From the sequence record SRR31156797_5907: DNA of 33,914 bases, one strand, 5' to 3'. Made by a program: the position numbers and the translations under genes. Below, one piece after another: positions 26,137 through 33,914 of the stretch. Position 1 is the stretch's first letter, and every line of letters begins with the position of its first letter. The notes beneath the pieces are model-generated. The model saw nothing but the letters and a program-made list of their open reading frames with translations, had not been told where the DNA came from and did not search any database.

Positions 26137-28209
26137 ATGGGTAAAAAATATAAAGAGTACATGGTTAACCGTGAAGTTAGCTGGCTGCATTTTAACGAAC
26201 GCGTGTTGCAGGAAGCCAGGGATGAAACCACCCCATTGATCGAAAGGCTGAAATTCCTGGGTATTTTTTCGAACAACCGGGATGAATTTTTCAGGGTGCG
26301 TGTGGCAACCCATACGCGAATGCTAAATGTTGAAAATCTGGATTTGGAATTGAAAACATCACCTCGCGAGGTGTTGCAAAAAATCCAGGATTTGGTTGCA
26401 GAGCAGGAAAAAGTGTTTACCCGCACCTACGAAGAAATTGTGGATAAACTCGCCGAAAAAAACGTCTTCATTATCCGTGAGGATGAACTTACCGAAAAGC
26501 AGGCTGCATTTGTTACAGAATATTTTCATAACGAAGTGCGCACCCTGCTTTTCCCCATTATGCTGGAAAATCTTGTGGATCCTACCAGTCTCGAAGACCG
26601 AACCATCTATCTTGCGGTTCATTTAACCTCAACCCTCGAACCTGAAAAAGAAGAGTTTGCCATCATTAAAGTGCCTTCGCCGCCACTTTCCCGCTTTTTA
26701 ATTTTACCAGAGGAAGATGGGAAAATATACATCATGCTCCTGGATGATGTGATCAGACACGGGCTACCTTATGTGTTTTCACTGTTTGGTTATGATAACT
26801 TTGATGCATATACAATAAAAATTACGCGTGATGCTGAATTGGATATCGACAATGATGTGCAAAAAAGTTTTCTGGAGATCATGTCGGAGAGTGTAAAGCA
26901 GCGTGAATGGGGAACACCTGTTCGTTTCGTTTTCGACAGCTCCATCCCAACACATTTCCTGAGACGTATCAGGCAAAAACTGATGCTGTCAGAAGATGAC
27001 AAGCAACGCGGTGGCGGCCGGTATCACAATTTTAAAGACTTTATGGGTTTCCCAAAAGTTGGGCCAAAAACCCTGATCTATCCACCATCACCACCATTAC
27101 CACATCCTGAGCTGCAGCCCAACCGGAGTATCTTTGAGTTGATCAGGAAAAAGGATGTGATGCTTCATTATCCTTACCAGTCGTTCCACTACATCGTTGA
27201 TTTACTCCGTGAAGCTTCTATTGATCCGGATGTAAGATCGATAAAAATGACTTTTTACCGGGCAGCCAGCAATTCCAACGTGATGAATGCCCTGATGAAT
27301 GCCGCACGCAATGGAAAATCAGTTACTGTTTTCCTTGAGTTACAGGCACGCTTTGATGAAAAGGCCAACATATACTGGGCGGAACAACTACAGCGGACTG
27401 GCGTTAAAATTTTGCCGACCATTCCGGGTATGAAGGTGCACAGCAAACTCATCCTCATCCGCAGGAAGGAAAACATGCAAAATGTGTATTATGCTAATGT
27501 GAGCACCGGGAACTTTAATGAATCAACAGCGAAAGTTTATGCTGATGACAGCCTGCTGACTGCAAACCAGGATGTTGCAACTGACGTCTATAAGGTTTTC
27601 CAGATGCTCGAAACCCGGTATCATATCCCCAAATTTAAGGAGCTGATAGTTTCACCTTTCCACACACGCGACTTTTTTATCGGGAAAATCAACCGCGAAA
27701 TCAGGAATGCAAAAGAGGGTAAGGAGGCATGGATAGTTGTAAAACTCAATAGCCTGGTGGATAAAAAGATCGTCAGGAAATTATATGATGCCAGCCAGGC
27801 CAGTGTAAAAATTACAGTAATTGCCCGGGGGATCTGTATCCTGATGCCGGGCATTCCGGGAGTGAGCGAAAACATTGAAGCTTATAGTATCGTGGATAAG
27901 TTCCTTGAGCATTCACGTGTTTATGTTTTTTGCAACGACGGCAAAAAAGAGTTTTATACAGGTTCTGCCGACTGGATGCAACGTAACTTCGACCATCGCA
28001 TTGAGGTTTCCACCCCGATTCACGAAAAAGATATCCAGGAAGAGCTATGGACCATGCTCCAGATTCAAATTAGTGATAACAGCAAAACAAGATTACTTGG
28101 CAGGGATAATGTAAATGAATATCGCAAAACAGGGGATGGGGAAAAGATAAGATCACAGTTCAAAATTTATGACTATTTCAAGCAGGTTTATGAAGCATCA
28201 AAGTCGTAA
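26137..28209 (+). CDS. ppk1: Polyphosphate kinase 1
   Basis: NREVSWLHFNERVL, DEFFRVRVA, LHYPYQSF, ELQARFDE, KVHSK, TGNFNE, RGIC, FLEHSR, SADWMQRN. Confidence 0.96.
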   Translation: MGKKYKEYMVNREVSWLHFNERVLQEARDETTPLIERLKFLGIFSNNRDEFFRVRVATHTRMLNVENLDLELKTSPREVLQKIQDLVAEQEKVFTRTYEEIVDKLAEKNVFIIREDELTEKQAAFVTEYFHNEVRTLLFPIMLENLVDPTSLEDRTIYLAVHLTSTLEPEKEEFAIIKVPSPPLSRFLILPEEDGKIYIMLLDDVIRHGLPYVFSLFGYDNFDAYTIKITRDAELDIDNDVQKSFLEIMSESVKQREWGTPVRFVFDSSIPTHFLRRIRQKLMLSEDDKQRGGGRYHNFKDFMGFPKVGPKTLIYPPSPPLPHPELQPNRSIFELIRKKDVMLHYPYQSFHYIVDLLREASIDPDVRSIKMTFYRAASNSNVMNALMNAARNGKSVTVFLELQARFDEKANIYWAEQLQRTGVKILPTIPGMKVHSKLILIRRKENMQNVYYANVSTGNFNESTAKVYADDSLLTANQDVATDVYKVFQMLETRYHIPKFKELIVSPFHTRDFFIGKINREIRNAKEGKEAWIVVKLNSLVDKKIVRKLYDASQASVKITVIARGICILMPGIPGVSENIEAYSIVDKFLEHSRVYVFCNDGKKEFYTGSADWMQRNFDHRIEVSTPIHEKDIQEELWTMLQIQISDNSKTRLLGRDNVNEYRKTGDGEKIRSQFKIYDYFKQVYEASKS

Positions 28210-28370
28210 TCACACCTGTTAAAATTCCTCCAATGTGTGAAAGCAGAATTTGGGGATCATTAGATTCCGGGAAATCCCGTTTTTGATTATCAACAGCCTG
28301 TCGAAAACTCGGTTTCTGATTTTACCCTAAATGATGTTATTTTGTTCGATTATCAACGGATAACAGATTT

Positions 28371-29261
28371 ATGATTTTTGGTTCAATAGATATCGGTTCA
28401 AATGCAGTGAGGTTATTATTTGCAAACGCATACGAAAAATCCGGACATGTACGGGTTGAAAAAGCCACACTGATCAGGATACCCATCAGGTTGGGTAAGG
28501 ATGTTTATAAAAACAACACCATTTCAAAGAAACGCGGTGATAACCTCGTGAAAACGATGAAGGCGTTTAAACTTTTGCTGGATGTTTACAATCCCGTGGA
28601 TTTTACAGCCTGTGCAACTGCTGCCATGCGTGAAGCGAAAAATGGTCCCGACATCATCAGGCAAATTCAGGAAGAGGCCGGATTAAAAATCAGAACTGTT
28701 GACGGGCTGGAGGAGGCCGAAATCATCAGGTCCACAAATGGCTTTACACTGCCCGAAGGAAGAACCAAAACCATGTATATAGACCTGGGAGGCGGGAGCA
28801 CTGAAATTTCTGTTATTTCAAATAAACAGGTGATTGATGCCCAGTCATTCAAAATTGGAACCCTGAGGATTCTCAGCAAAAAGGTGCCTGAAAATGAGTG
28901 GGAAAACCTCGCCGAATGGTTAAGTGGCTTCAGCGATGATTTTGGGAAGTTTAACGTGATTGGATCTGGAGGTAACATTAACAAGATCAATAAAATCTAT
29001 GGAAATCCTACCGACGGCCTGCTCAGTTTTGTACAATTGGAATATGCATTGAACCATTTGAAAAGCTTTACTCTCCGGGAACGTATCAAGGAAATGGGCC
29101 TTCGGCCTGACCGTGCTGACGTGATTGTTCCCGCTGCTGAAGTGTTTACATTTATCATGAAAACCATAACGGCCGAAAACATCCTCGTACCAAAAATCGG
29201 TTTGGCCGATGGCCTGATCCATCAGATGTATTTGAAGCACCGGAAATCGGGCAAAAAGTGA
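28371..29261 (+). CDS. ppx: Ppx/GppA-family exopolyphosphatase (short form)
   Basis: IDIGSNAVRL, ATAAMREA, DGLEEA, DLGGGSTE, GSGG and RADVI motifs. Confidence 0.92.
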   Translation: MIFGSIDIGSNAVRLLFANAYEKSGHVRVEKATLIRIPIRLGKDVYKNNTISKKRGDNLVKTMKAFKLLLDVYNPVDFTACATAAMREAKNGPDIIRQIQEEAGLKIRTVDGLEEAEIIRSTNGFTLPEGRTKTMYIDLGGGSTEISVISNKQVIDAQSFKIGTLRILSKKVPENEWENLAEWLSGFSDDFGKFNVIGSGGNINKINKIYGNPTDGLLSFVQLEYALNHLKSFTLRERIKEMGLRPDRADVIVPAAEVFTFIMKTITAENILVPKIGLADGLIHQMYLKHRKSGKK

Positions 29262-29372
29262 CATTAATATCTCCCTGATATTATCATAAAACTGTATTGC
29301 ATAGACTATTACCTGATATTCCAGTTGTAGTGAATTTAATCCCATTCCAAATTAATTGTATTAAAAAAGTTT

Positions 29373-29380
29373 TACATTTG
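29373..29380 (+). promoter_or_regulatory. -7 element (TACATTTG) upstream of gcvH
   Basis: TAnnTTTG 25 nt before ATG 29406. Confidence 0.55.
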
Positions 29381-29405
29381 CACAACAATTTTAAATGGGA
29401 AAAAA

Positions 29406-29780
29406 ATGAATATACCTGATACATTAAAGTACACCAAGGATCACGAATGGATAAAGGTAGACGGTGATGTGGCAGTCATTGGAATTACCGATTATGCTCA
29501 AAACGAACTGGGCGATATTGTATTCATCGAAGTAGAAACCGAAGGTGAGTCGCTGGACAAGGAAGAAACCTTTGGAACTATTGAAGCTGTAAAAACGGTT
29601 TCTGATATGTTTATGCCAGTAACCGGAGAGGTGGTTGAGTTTAACGAGAAACTGGAGCAGAGCCCGGAGGTTGTAAACAATGATCCTTATGGAGATGGCT
29701 GGATAATTAAGGTTAAGATGACCGATGATTCAGAACTCGATGATCTTCTGGACGCCGCAGCTTACAAGGATTTAATTTAA
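29406..29780 (+). CDS. gcvH: Glycine cleavage system H protein
   Basis: [18 protein letters not shown], lipoyl-lysine [14 protein letters not shown]. Confidence 0.96.
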   Translation: MNIPDTLKYTKDHEWIKVDGDVAVIGITDYAQNELGDIVFIEVETEGESLDKEETFGTIEAVKTVSDMFMPVTGEVVEFNEKLEQSPEVVNNDPYGDGWIIKVKMTDDSELDDLLDAAAYKDLI

Positions 29781-29885
29781 AAGAACAGTAAAACACACCT
29801 ATAACTAAAAATTTAGTTAATAAAACAATAAGCCAACAAAAGCTTACGTTAGGATAAAAGTATAAACCAAACCGGATCAAATCAC

Positions 29886-30566
29886 ATGGAACCGAAAAAA
29901 AGTAAAAAAGCTGATCTTGAGAGCAAAAAAGGTATTTACCTTCAGATCGGTTTGATATTAGCATTGGGAGTTGTATTGCTTGCTTTCAATTACAAAACCT
30001 ATGAGCGTCAATCAGTTCTCAATATTCAGGTACAGGTAGACGATACACCTGAAGAAATTATTCCAATCACCAAGCAGGAAGTTAAACCACCTCCACCACC
30101 TCCACCAAAACAGGTTACTGTTATTAATATCGTGGAAGATGATGTGGAAGTTGAAGACGATATCGAAATTGATGTGGAGGCCGACCAGGAAACCATTGTT
30201 GAGGATTTTATTCCCATCGTGGAAGAGGAAGAGGAAGTTGAGGAAATGGAGATTTTTACGGTGGTAGAATCCATGCCTTCATTCCCGGGTGGTGACGCAG
30301 CCAGGATGAAGTACCTGCAGGAAAACATCAAGTATCCACAAATGGCGCGTGAGTCAGGTATCCAGGGAACAGTTTATGTTACCTTTGTTGTGGAAACCGA
30401 TGGTTCGGTAACCGATATCAGGATTCTTCGTGGTATTGGTGGTGGATGCGATGAGGAAGCCGTTCGCGTAATTAAAGGTATGCCGAAATGGAATGCCGGT
30501 ATGCAGCGTGGTAAGCCGGTTCGTGTTCAGTTTAACATGCCGATAAAATTCACCCTCCAGGGTTAA
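29886..30566 (+). CDS. tonB: Energy transducer TonB
   Basis: MEPKKSKKADLE N-terminus, TM, poly-Pro, acidic linker, MPSFPGG, YPQMARESGIQGTVYVTFVV, CDEEAVRV. Confidence 0.92.
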   Translation: MEPKKSKKADLESKKGIYLQIGLILALGVVLLAFNYKTYERQSVLNIQVQVDDTPEEIIPITKQEVKPPPPPPPKQVTVINIVEDDVEVEDDIEIDVEADQETIVEDFIPIVEEEEEVEEMEIFTVVESMPSFPGGDAARMKYLQENIKYPQMARESGIQGTVYVTFVVETDGSVTDIRILRGIGGGCDEEAVRVIKGMPKWNAGMQRGKPVRVQFNMPIKFTLQG

Positions 30567-30589
30567 AATATTTTGCTGAAAAGCGACAC

Positions 30590-30622
30590 TCCCGGATTGA
30601 TTCATCAGTCCGGGATTTTTTT
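30590..30622 (+). terminator. Rho-independent terminator after tonB (between convergent genes)
   Basis: TCCCGGATTGA / TCAGTCCGGGA stem followed by T7. Confidence 0.8.
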
Positions 30623-31031
30623 ATTTTTTTCTGAGAAAATTTATTGATGCGCGAATCATTTCAGCCAAAACATCTTTATCAATATCCTCCAGTTTTTTGA
30701 TGTAGAGACAGGATTTGCCGGTTTTATACTTCCCGAGTTTTTGCAGCATTTCTTCGTAATGATCAAAGCCGGTCATGATGTAAATGGTGAGGTTTTGCTT
30801 CCGTGGCGAAAAGCCGGTGAGCATCCAGTCGATCTCCCGGCCGTTGGGATATTTTAAGCGAAAAGTTCCAAACCCTACAATGCTTGGCCCCCACATTTTG
30901 GGTTCTTCGCCTGTGATTTTTTTAATGAAGTCAAGGATTTCAAATGTGTCTTTGCGTTTTTTTCCGTCCTCTAATTTGTTCAGGAATTCCTCAACGCTTG
31001 CATTGGTTTGTTGTGTTTTGAGTTCAGCCAT
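30621..31031 (-). CDS. DUF1801 (YdhG-like) family protein
   Basis: Start placed at ATG 31031 (MAELKTQ); PKMWGPSIVGFG, GFSPRKQNLTIY, LGKYKTGKSCLYIKKLEDID. Confidence 0.85.
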   Translation of the reverse strand: MAELKTQQTNASVEEFLNKLEDGKKRKDTFEILDFIKKITGEEPKMWGPSIVGFGTFRLKYPNGREIDWMLTGFSPRKQNLTIYIMTGFDHYEEMLQKLGKYKTGKSCLYIKKLEDIDKDVLAEMIRASINFLRKK

Positions 31032-31223
31032 GGTGTGAAAAGGTATATGTGATTTGTTAATTGCATGCGTAATCAAAAAACAGATTAAAATTTCATATAG
31101 CTTTAAACCCGGAACAATGCCAATGAGTTCAACTATTTTTCCTGAATTATGGATGAAAATTGAGTCAATGGTGACGATATTCAATCATGATTGTAAATTT
31201 GAGGACTCAAAACTACCTCTGGA

Positions 31224-33035
31224 ATGATGCGCAATATTTCTAAAGCTGAAAGAAAAATCTATTGGACAATTTTCGTTTTTCTTTGGGGTTACGTGGTTCT
31301 TCGGGCTGTTTTCACGCAGATGACCCACGACGAAACGGCCAACTTTTTCAGGTTTGTACATACCGGCAATTTTCTGCCTTATGGTCTGGATTCGTCTGCC
31401 ACCAACCACCTGTTGAATTCATTCCTGGCCTGGGTCTTCTATTCCCTTTTTGGGGACGAGCCTTTTGTTTTGCGGCTGGGGAATGTGCTGTTTTTTCCGG
31501 TATATTTTTATTTTCTTGTAAGGATTGGCGGGCTGTTGAACAGCAAATTGCTCAGGATCGGGTTTATAGTCGTTCTGGCTTTTACCCACAATCTTGTTGA
31601 GTTTTTTGCCATGTCGCGCGGCTACGGACATTCCATGGCGCTGCTTTTAGGGGCTGTCTGGTTTTTGATGCAATCCTTCAAATCCCCGGCTTTAAAAAAT
31701 TATACGCTATCACTATTGTTTGCCTCGCTTGCCCTTTCGGCCAACCTTACTCTGCTGAATTCAGTATTACTGATCATCTTCTTTTTGGCACTTAGGCTGG
31801 TTTTTCATAGTGAGCCCACCATCAAAAATCCACGGAAAAACCTGGCTTCAATTTTAATTTTTGGCATTGCTCCGGTGCTTTTTTTTGTGAAATATCTTTT
31901 TCACTTAAAAGCCAAAGGCGATCTCTATTATGGCGAGCAGAGCGGATTTTGGGAAATTACGGTTAAATCGCTCAACAGGACCATGCTCGATCCGGGTTGG
32001 AAACTGAGCGAAATTTTTATCGCCATTTACCTGATGTTGATTTTAATTATCGGTGGTTGCCTGTTTTTCCGTAAATTCAAAACTGAGCGGCTTTTTGATG
32101 TGCGGTTGCTGTTCTTTTATTTCCTGCTTGGTAATGCCGTTGCAGTTTTACTGATGAATAAAATCCTGGGTATTAACTACCCTGAAGATCGAACCGGGCT
32201 TTATTTTGTGATTTATTTCTTTGGGAGCATTTTTTTCCTGGCTGATTATCTTGCAGAATCATCAAAGATAAAATGGGCGTTGATGGGAGCTATACCATTG
32301 CTTTTTGTTCCGGCCCACTTTTTCATCAACATCAATTTTACCCACAACAGTTTCGAGAACCAAACCATTCCAAAAAAGTTTTATAACCATGTTCTGGAAG
32401 ATCATGTTCCCGGAGAGATGCCTGCAACCATTGGCGGATACATGGGGCGTGAACTGCGTTGGGCGTTTCTGAATTTTAAACATGACGGATCACTCAGAAA
32501 GGTTCAGGGGCATTTGTATCCGGATACTTTGTGTGATTACCAGATTGCCGATACCAGCTATCCGGCAGTTTATCATCAGTTTTATGATACCGTTGATTTT
32601 TATGAGGAGTCGTCATTTTATCTGCTGAAACGAAAAGAACCAGCCAGGGTTCTGCCTGTTTTTGAGAAGCATGGAATAGAAACACCGGGGCAAATCAACG
32701 ATCAGTATTACCGGTTTTTTATCATCGATGCGGATAGCCTGGCCGGGAAATTTGTCAGGATTGATTTTGATTTTAAACTGGAAACAGCTCAAAAACCCTT
32801 TATGGGCTGGTTGGTTGTAAATACGTTAAATACAAAATATCAACAGACAGGCTATGAGTATTATCCGTTGGAATGGCTAAACACAAATTGGGACAAAGGC
32901 AGTAATGCGATTATGGATGCAATGATCATGAAGTTGCCGGAAGATTTGCACCAACTCAATTTTTACATTTGGAATAAGCAGGAAGTTCCCTTTTCGGTTA
33001 GTGAAGCCAATTCGAAAGTTTGGGTCTACGAATAG
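31224..33035 (+). CDS. Polytopic membrane protein, GT-C glycosyltransferase-like (ArnT/PMT-like)
   Basis: About 10-12 TM helices, acidic THDE motif after TM1, NHLLNS, SRGYG, soluble C-terminal domain. Confidence 0.6.
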   Translation: MMRNISKAERKIYWTIFVFLWGYVVLRAVFTQMTHDETANFFRFVHTGNFLPYGLDSSATNHLLNSFLAWVFYSLFGDEPFVLRLGNVLFFPVYFYFLVRIGGLLNSKLLRIGFIVVLAFTHNLVEFFAMSRGYGHSMALLLGAVWFLMQSFKSPALKNYTLSLLFASLALSANLTLLNSVLLIIFFLALRLVFHSEPTIKNPRKNLASILIFGIAPVLFFVKYLFHLKAKGDLYYGEQSGFWEITVKSLNRTMLDPGWKLSEIFIAIYLMLILIIGGCLFFRKFKTERLFDVRLLFFYFLLGNAVAVLLMNKILGINYPEDRTGLYFVIYFFGSIFFLADYLAESSKIKWALMGAIPLLFVPAHFFININFTHNSFENQTIPKKFYNHVLEDHVPGEMPATIGGYMGRELRWAFLNFKHDGSLRKVQGHLYPDTLCDYQIADTSYPAVYHQFYDTVDFYEESSFYLLKRKEPARVLPVFEKHGIETPGQINDQYYRFFIIDADSLAGKFVRIDFDFKLETAQKPFMGWLVVNTLNTKYQQTGYEYYPLEWLNTNWDKGSNAIMDAMIMKLPEDLHQLNFYIWNKQEVPFSVSEANSKVWVYE

Positions 33036-33061
33036 CCCGGAATTCAAAATTGCAACAAAAA

Positions 33062-33646
33062 ATGAAAGCAACATTAAAAAGTGGTGAATCCTTCATTATC
33101 CGGCAATTAGTTCCAGACGATTGGCAAAGTCTGTCTGAATATCTTTTTGGATTGAGCGAAGAAACCAAAAGCAGGTTTATGCCTCATGGCTATGAAATGA
33201 ATGCAATCAGGCAGATATATTCACGTAAAGTTGTACACCTTGGGTACATTGCTCAGCTAGCGGATCAGGATGAAATAATCGGCTATGCCATTGTAAAAAT
33301 CGGGTACCTGGAATACGACTTTAACAGGCTGGATGCTTATGGCATAAATCAGGATTTGAGACGAGATTGTACCTATGCTCCATCTGTGGCAGATGCCTGG
33401 CAGAGCATGGGCATTGGAAATGCTTTGTTTGGCTACATCCGATCAGAACTCATATCAACGGGCATCAAGCGGATCATTCTTTGGGGTGGGGTGCAGGCTA
33501 CAAACCATAAGGCTATTGGTTATTACAAAAAGCATGGCTTCAGGGCGTTGGGAAAATTCCAACACAACGGGGAGAATTTGGATATGATTCTGGATATTAA
33601 AGCGAACCAAATATATGGAACAGAAAAATGTGGTTTGAAAGGTTAA
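33062..33646 (+). CDS. GNAT-family N-acetyltransferase
   Basis: Start placed at ATG 33062; acetyl-CoA motif VADAWQSMGIG and NHKAIGYYKKHGF. Confidence 0.88.
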   Translation: MKATLKSGESFIIRQLVPDDWQSLSEYLFGLSEETKSRFMPHGYEMNAIRQIYSRKVVHLGYIAQLADQDEIIGYAIVKIGYLEYDFNRLDAYGINQDLRRDCTYAPSVADAWQSMGIGNALFGYIRSELISTGIKRIILWGGVQATNHKAIGYYKKHGFRALGKFQHNGENLDMILDIKANQIYGTEKCGLKG

Positions 33647-33885
33647 CCGGATTTAAGGAAGAAAACCCGGATCAGGTAAGGCAAAACCTGAAACTGGATG
33701 GTGAATTTTTGCTATCAAAAGTAAATGGAAGAAAAATCAGATGTGGCCGGTTGGAGATCCCAACGCTGGAAGATTTGCGAGAAGAGATCCCGTTAAAATC
33801 AGAAGTACTATCCCAAATTACGATATCAGAGGTAGTTGGTGATGTGGGTGAAATGCATAAAGATCCTGCAAATGCAAATGCAGTT
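33628..33885 (+). pseudogene. N-terminal part of a conserved hypothetical protein interrupted by an IS end
   Basis: MWFERLTGF...CGRLEIPTL...VVGDVGEMHKDPANANAV; the last residues (CLVLK*) are read from the IS-like end starting at 33886. Confidence 0.7.
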
Positions 33886-33914
33886 TGTCTTGTCCTGAAA
33901 TAGGTTTACATAAA
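33886..33914. mobile_element. Terminal inverted repeat of an insertion sequence (IS3-family-like) whose body lies right of the window
   Basis: TGTCTTGTCCTGAAATAGGTTTACATAAA starts with TG and is the exact reverse complement of 1-29; the match stops at 30/33885. Confidence 0.78.

Noticed and set aside
25627..29261. sixA-ppk1-ppx as a novel system
   Set aside because: A polyphosphate cluster of well-known families, an arrangement I recognise as common in Bacteroidota.

Overview
33.9-kb chromosomal segment from a Bacteroidota (probably Bacteroidales) genome, judged by TAnnTTTG -7 promoter boxes, a T9SS-type C-terminal domain, an IPExxxVDY-like gene before pyk, a fused E1 alpha/beta 2-oxoacid dehydrogenase and a Bacteroidota-type ParC. 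Most content is housekeeping: hutH, DUF59/SufT, dxs, an orphan multi-PAS histidine kinase, an NhaC-family transporter, pyk, YkvA, exbB-exbD-tonB, a PfkB kinase, tRNA-Asn(GTT), a PIF1-like helicase, parC, a GH53 galactanase, sixA-ppk1-ppx, gcvH, a second tonB, DUF1801, a GT-C-like membrane protein and a GNAT. The non-obvious signals are these. (1) The first and last 29 nt are exact reverse complements with TG...CA termini, resembling IS3-family ends, and the right one interrupts a gene. (2) A 1.2-kb intergenic region (19390-20585) holds a two-copy nested REP-like element bracketing a coding-like fragment, plus a long rod-shaped structured RNA resembling Flavo-1. (3) A decayed DUF433/PIN toxin-antitoxin pair is missed by the ORF track. 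(4) ParC ends in a beta-clamp-binding-like motif (QMTLF) after a disordered tail. (5) The E1 alpha/beta linker carries a four-Cys motif. I found no CRISPR array, prophage or clearly novel multi-gene system. All family calls come from motif recognition, not database searches.
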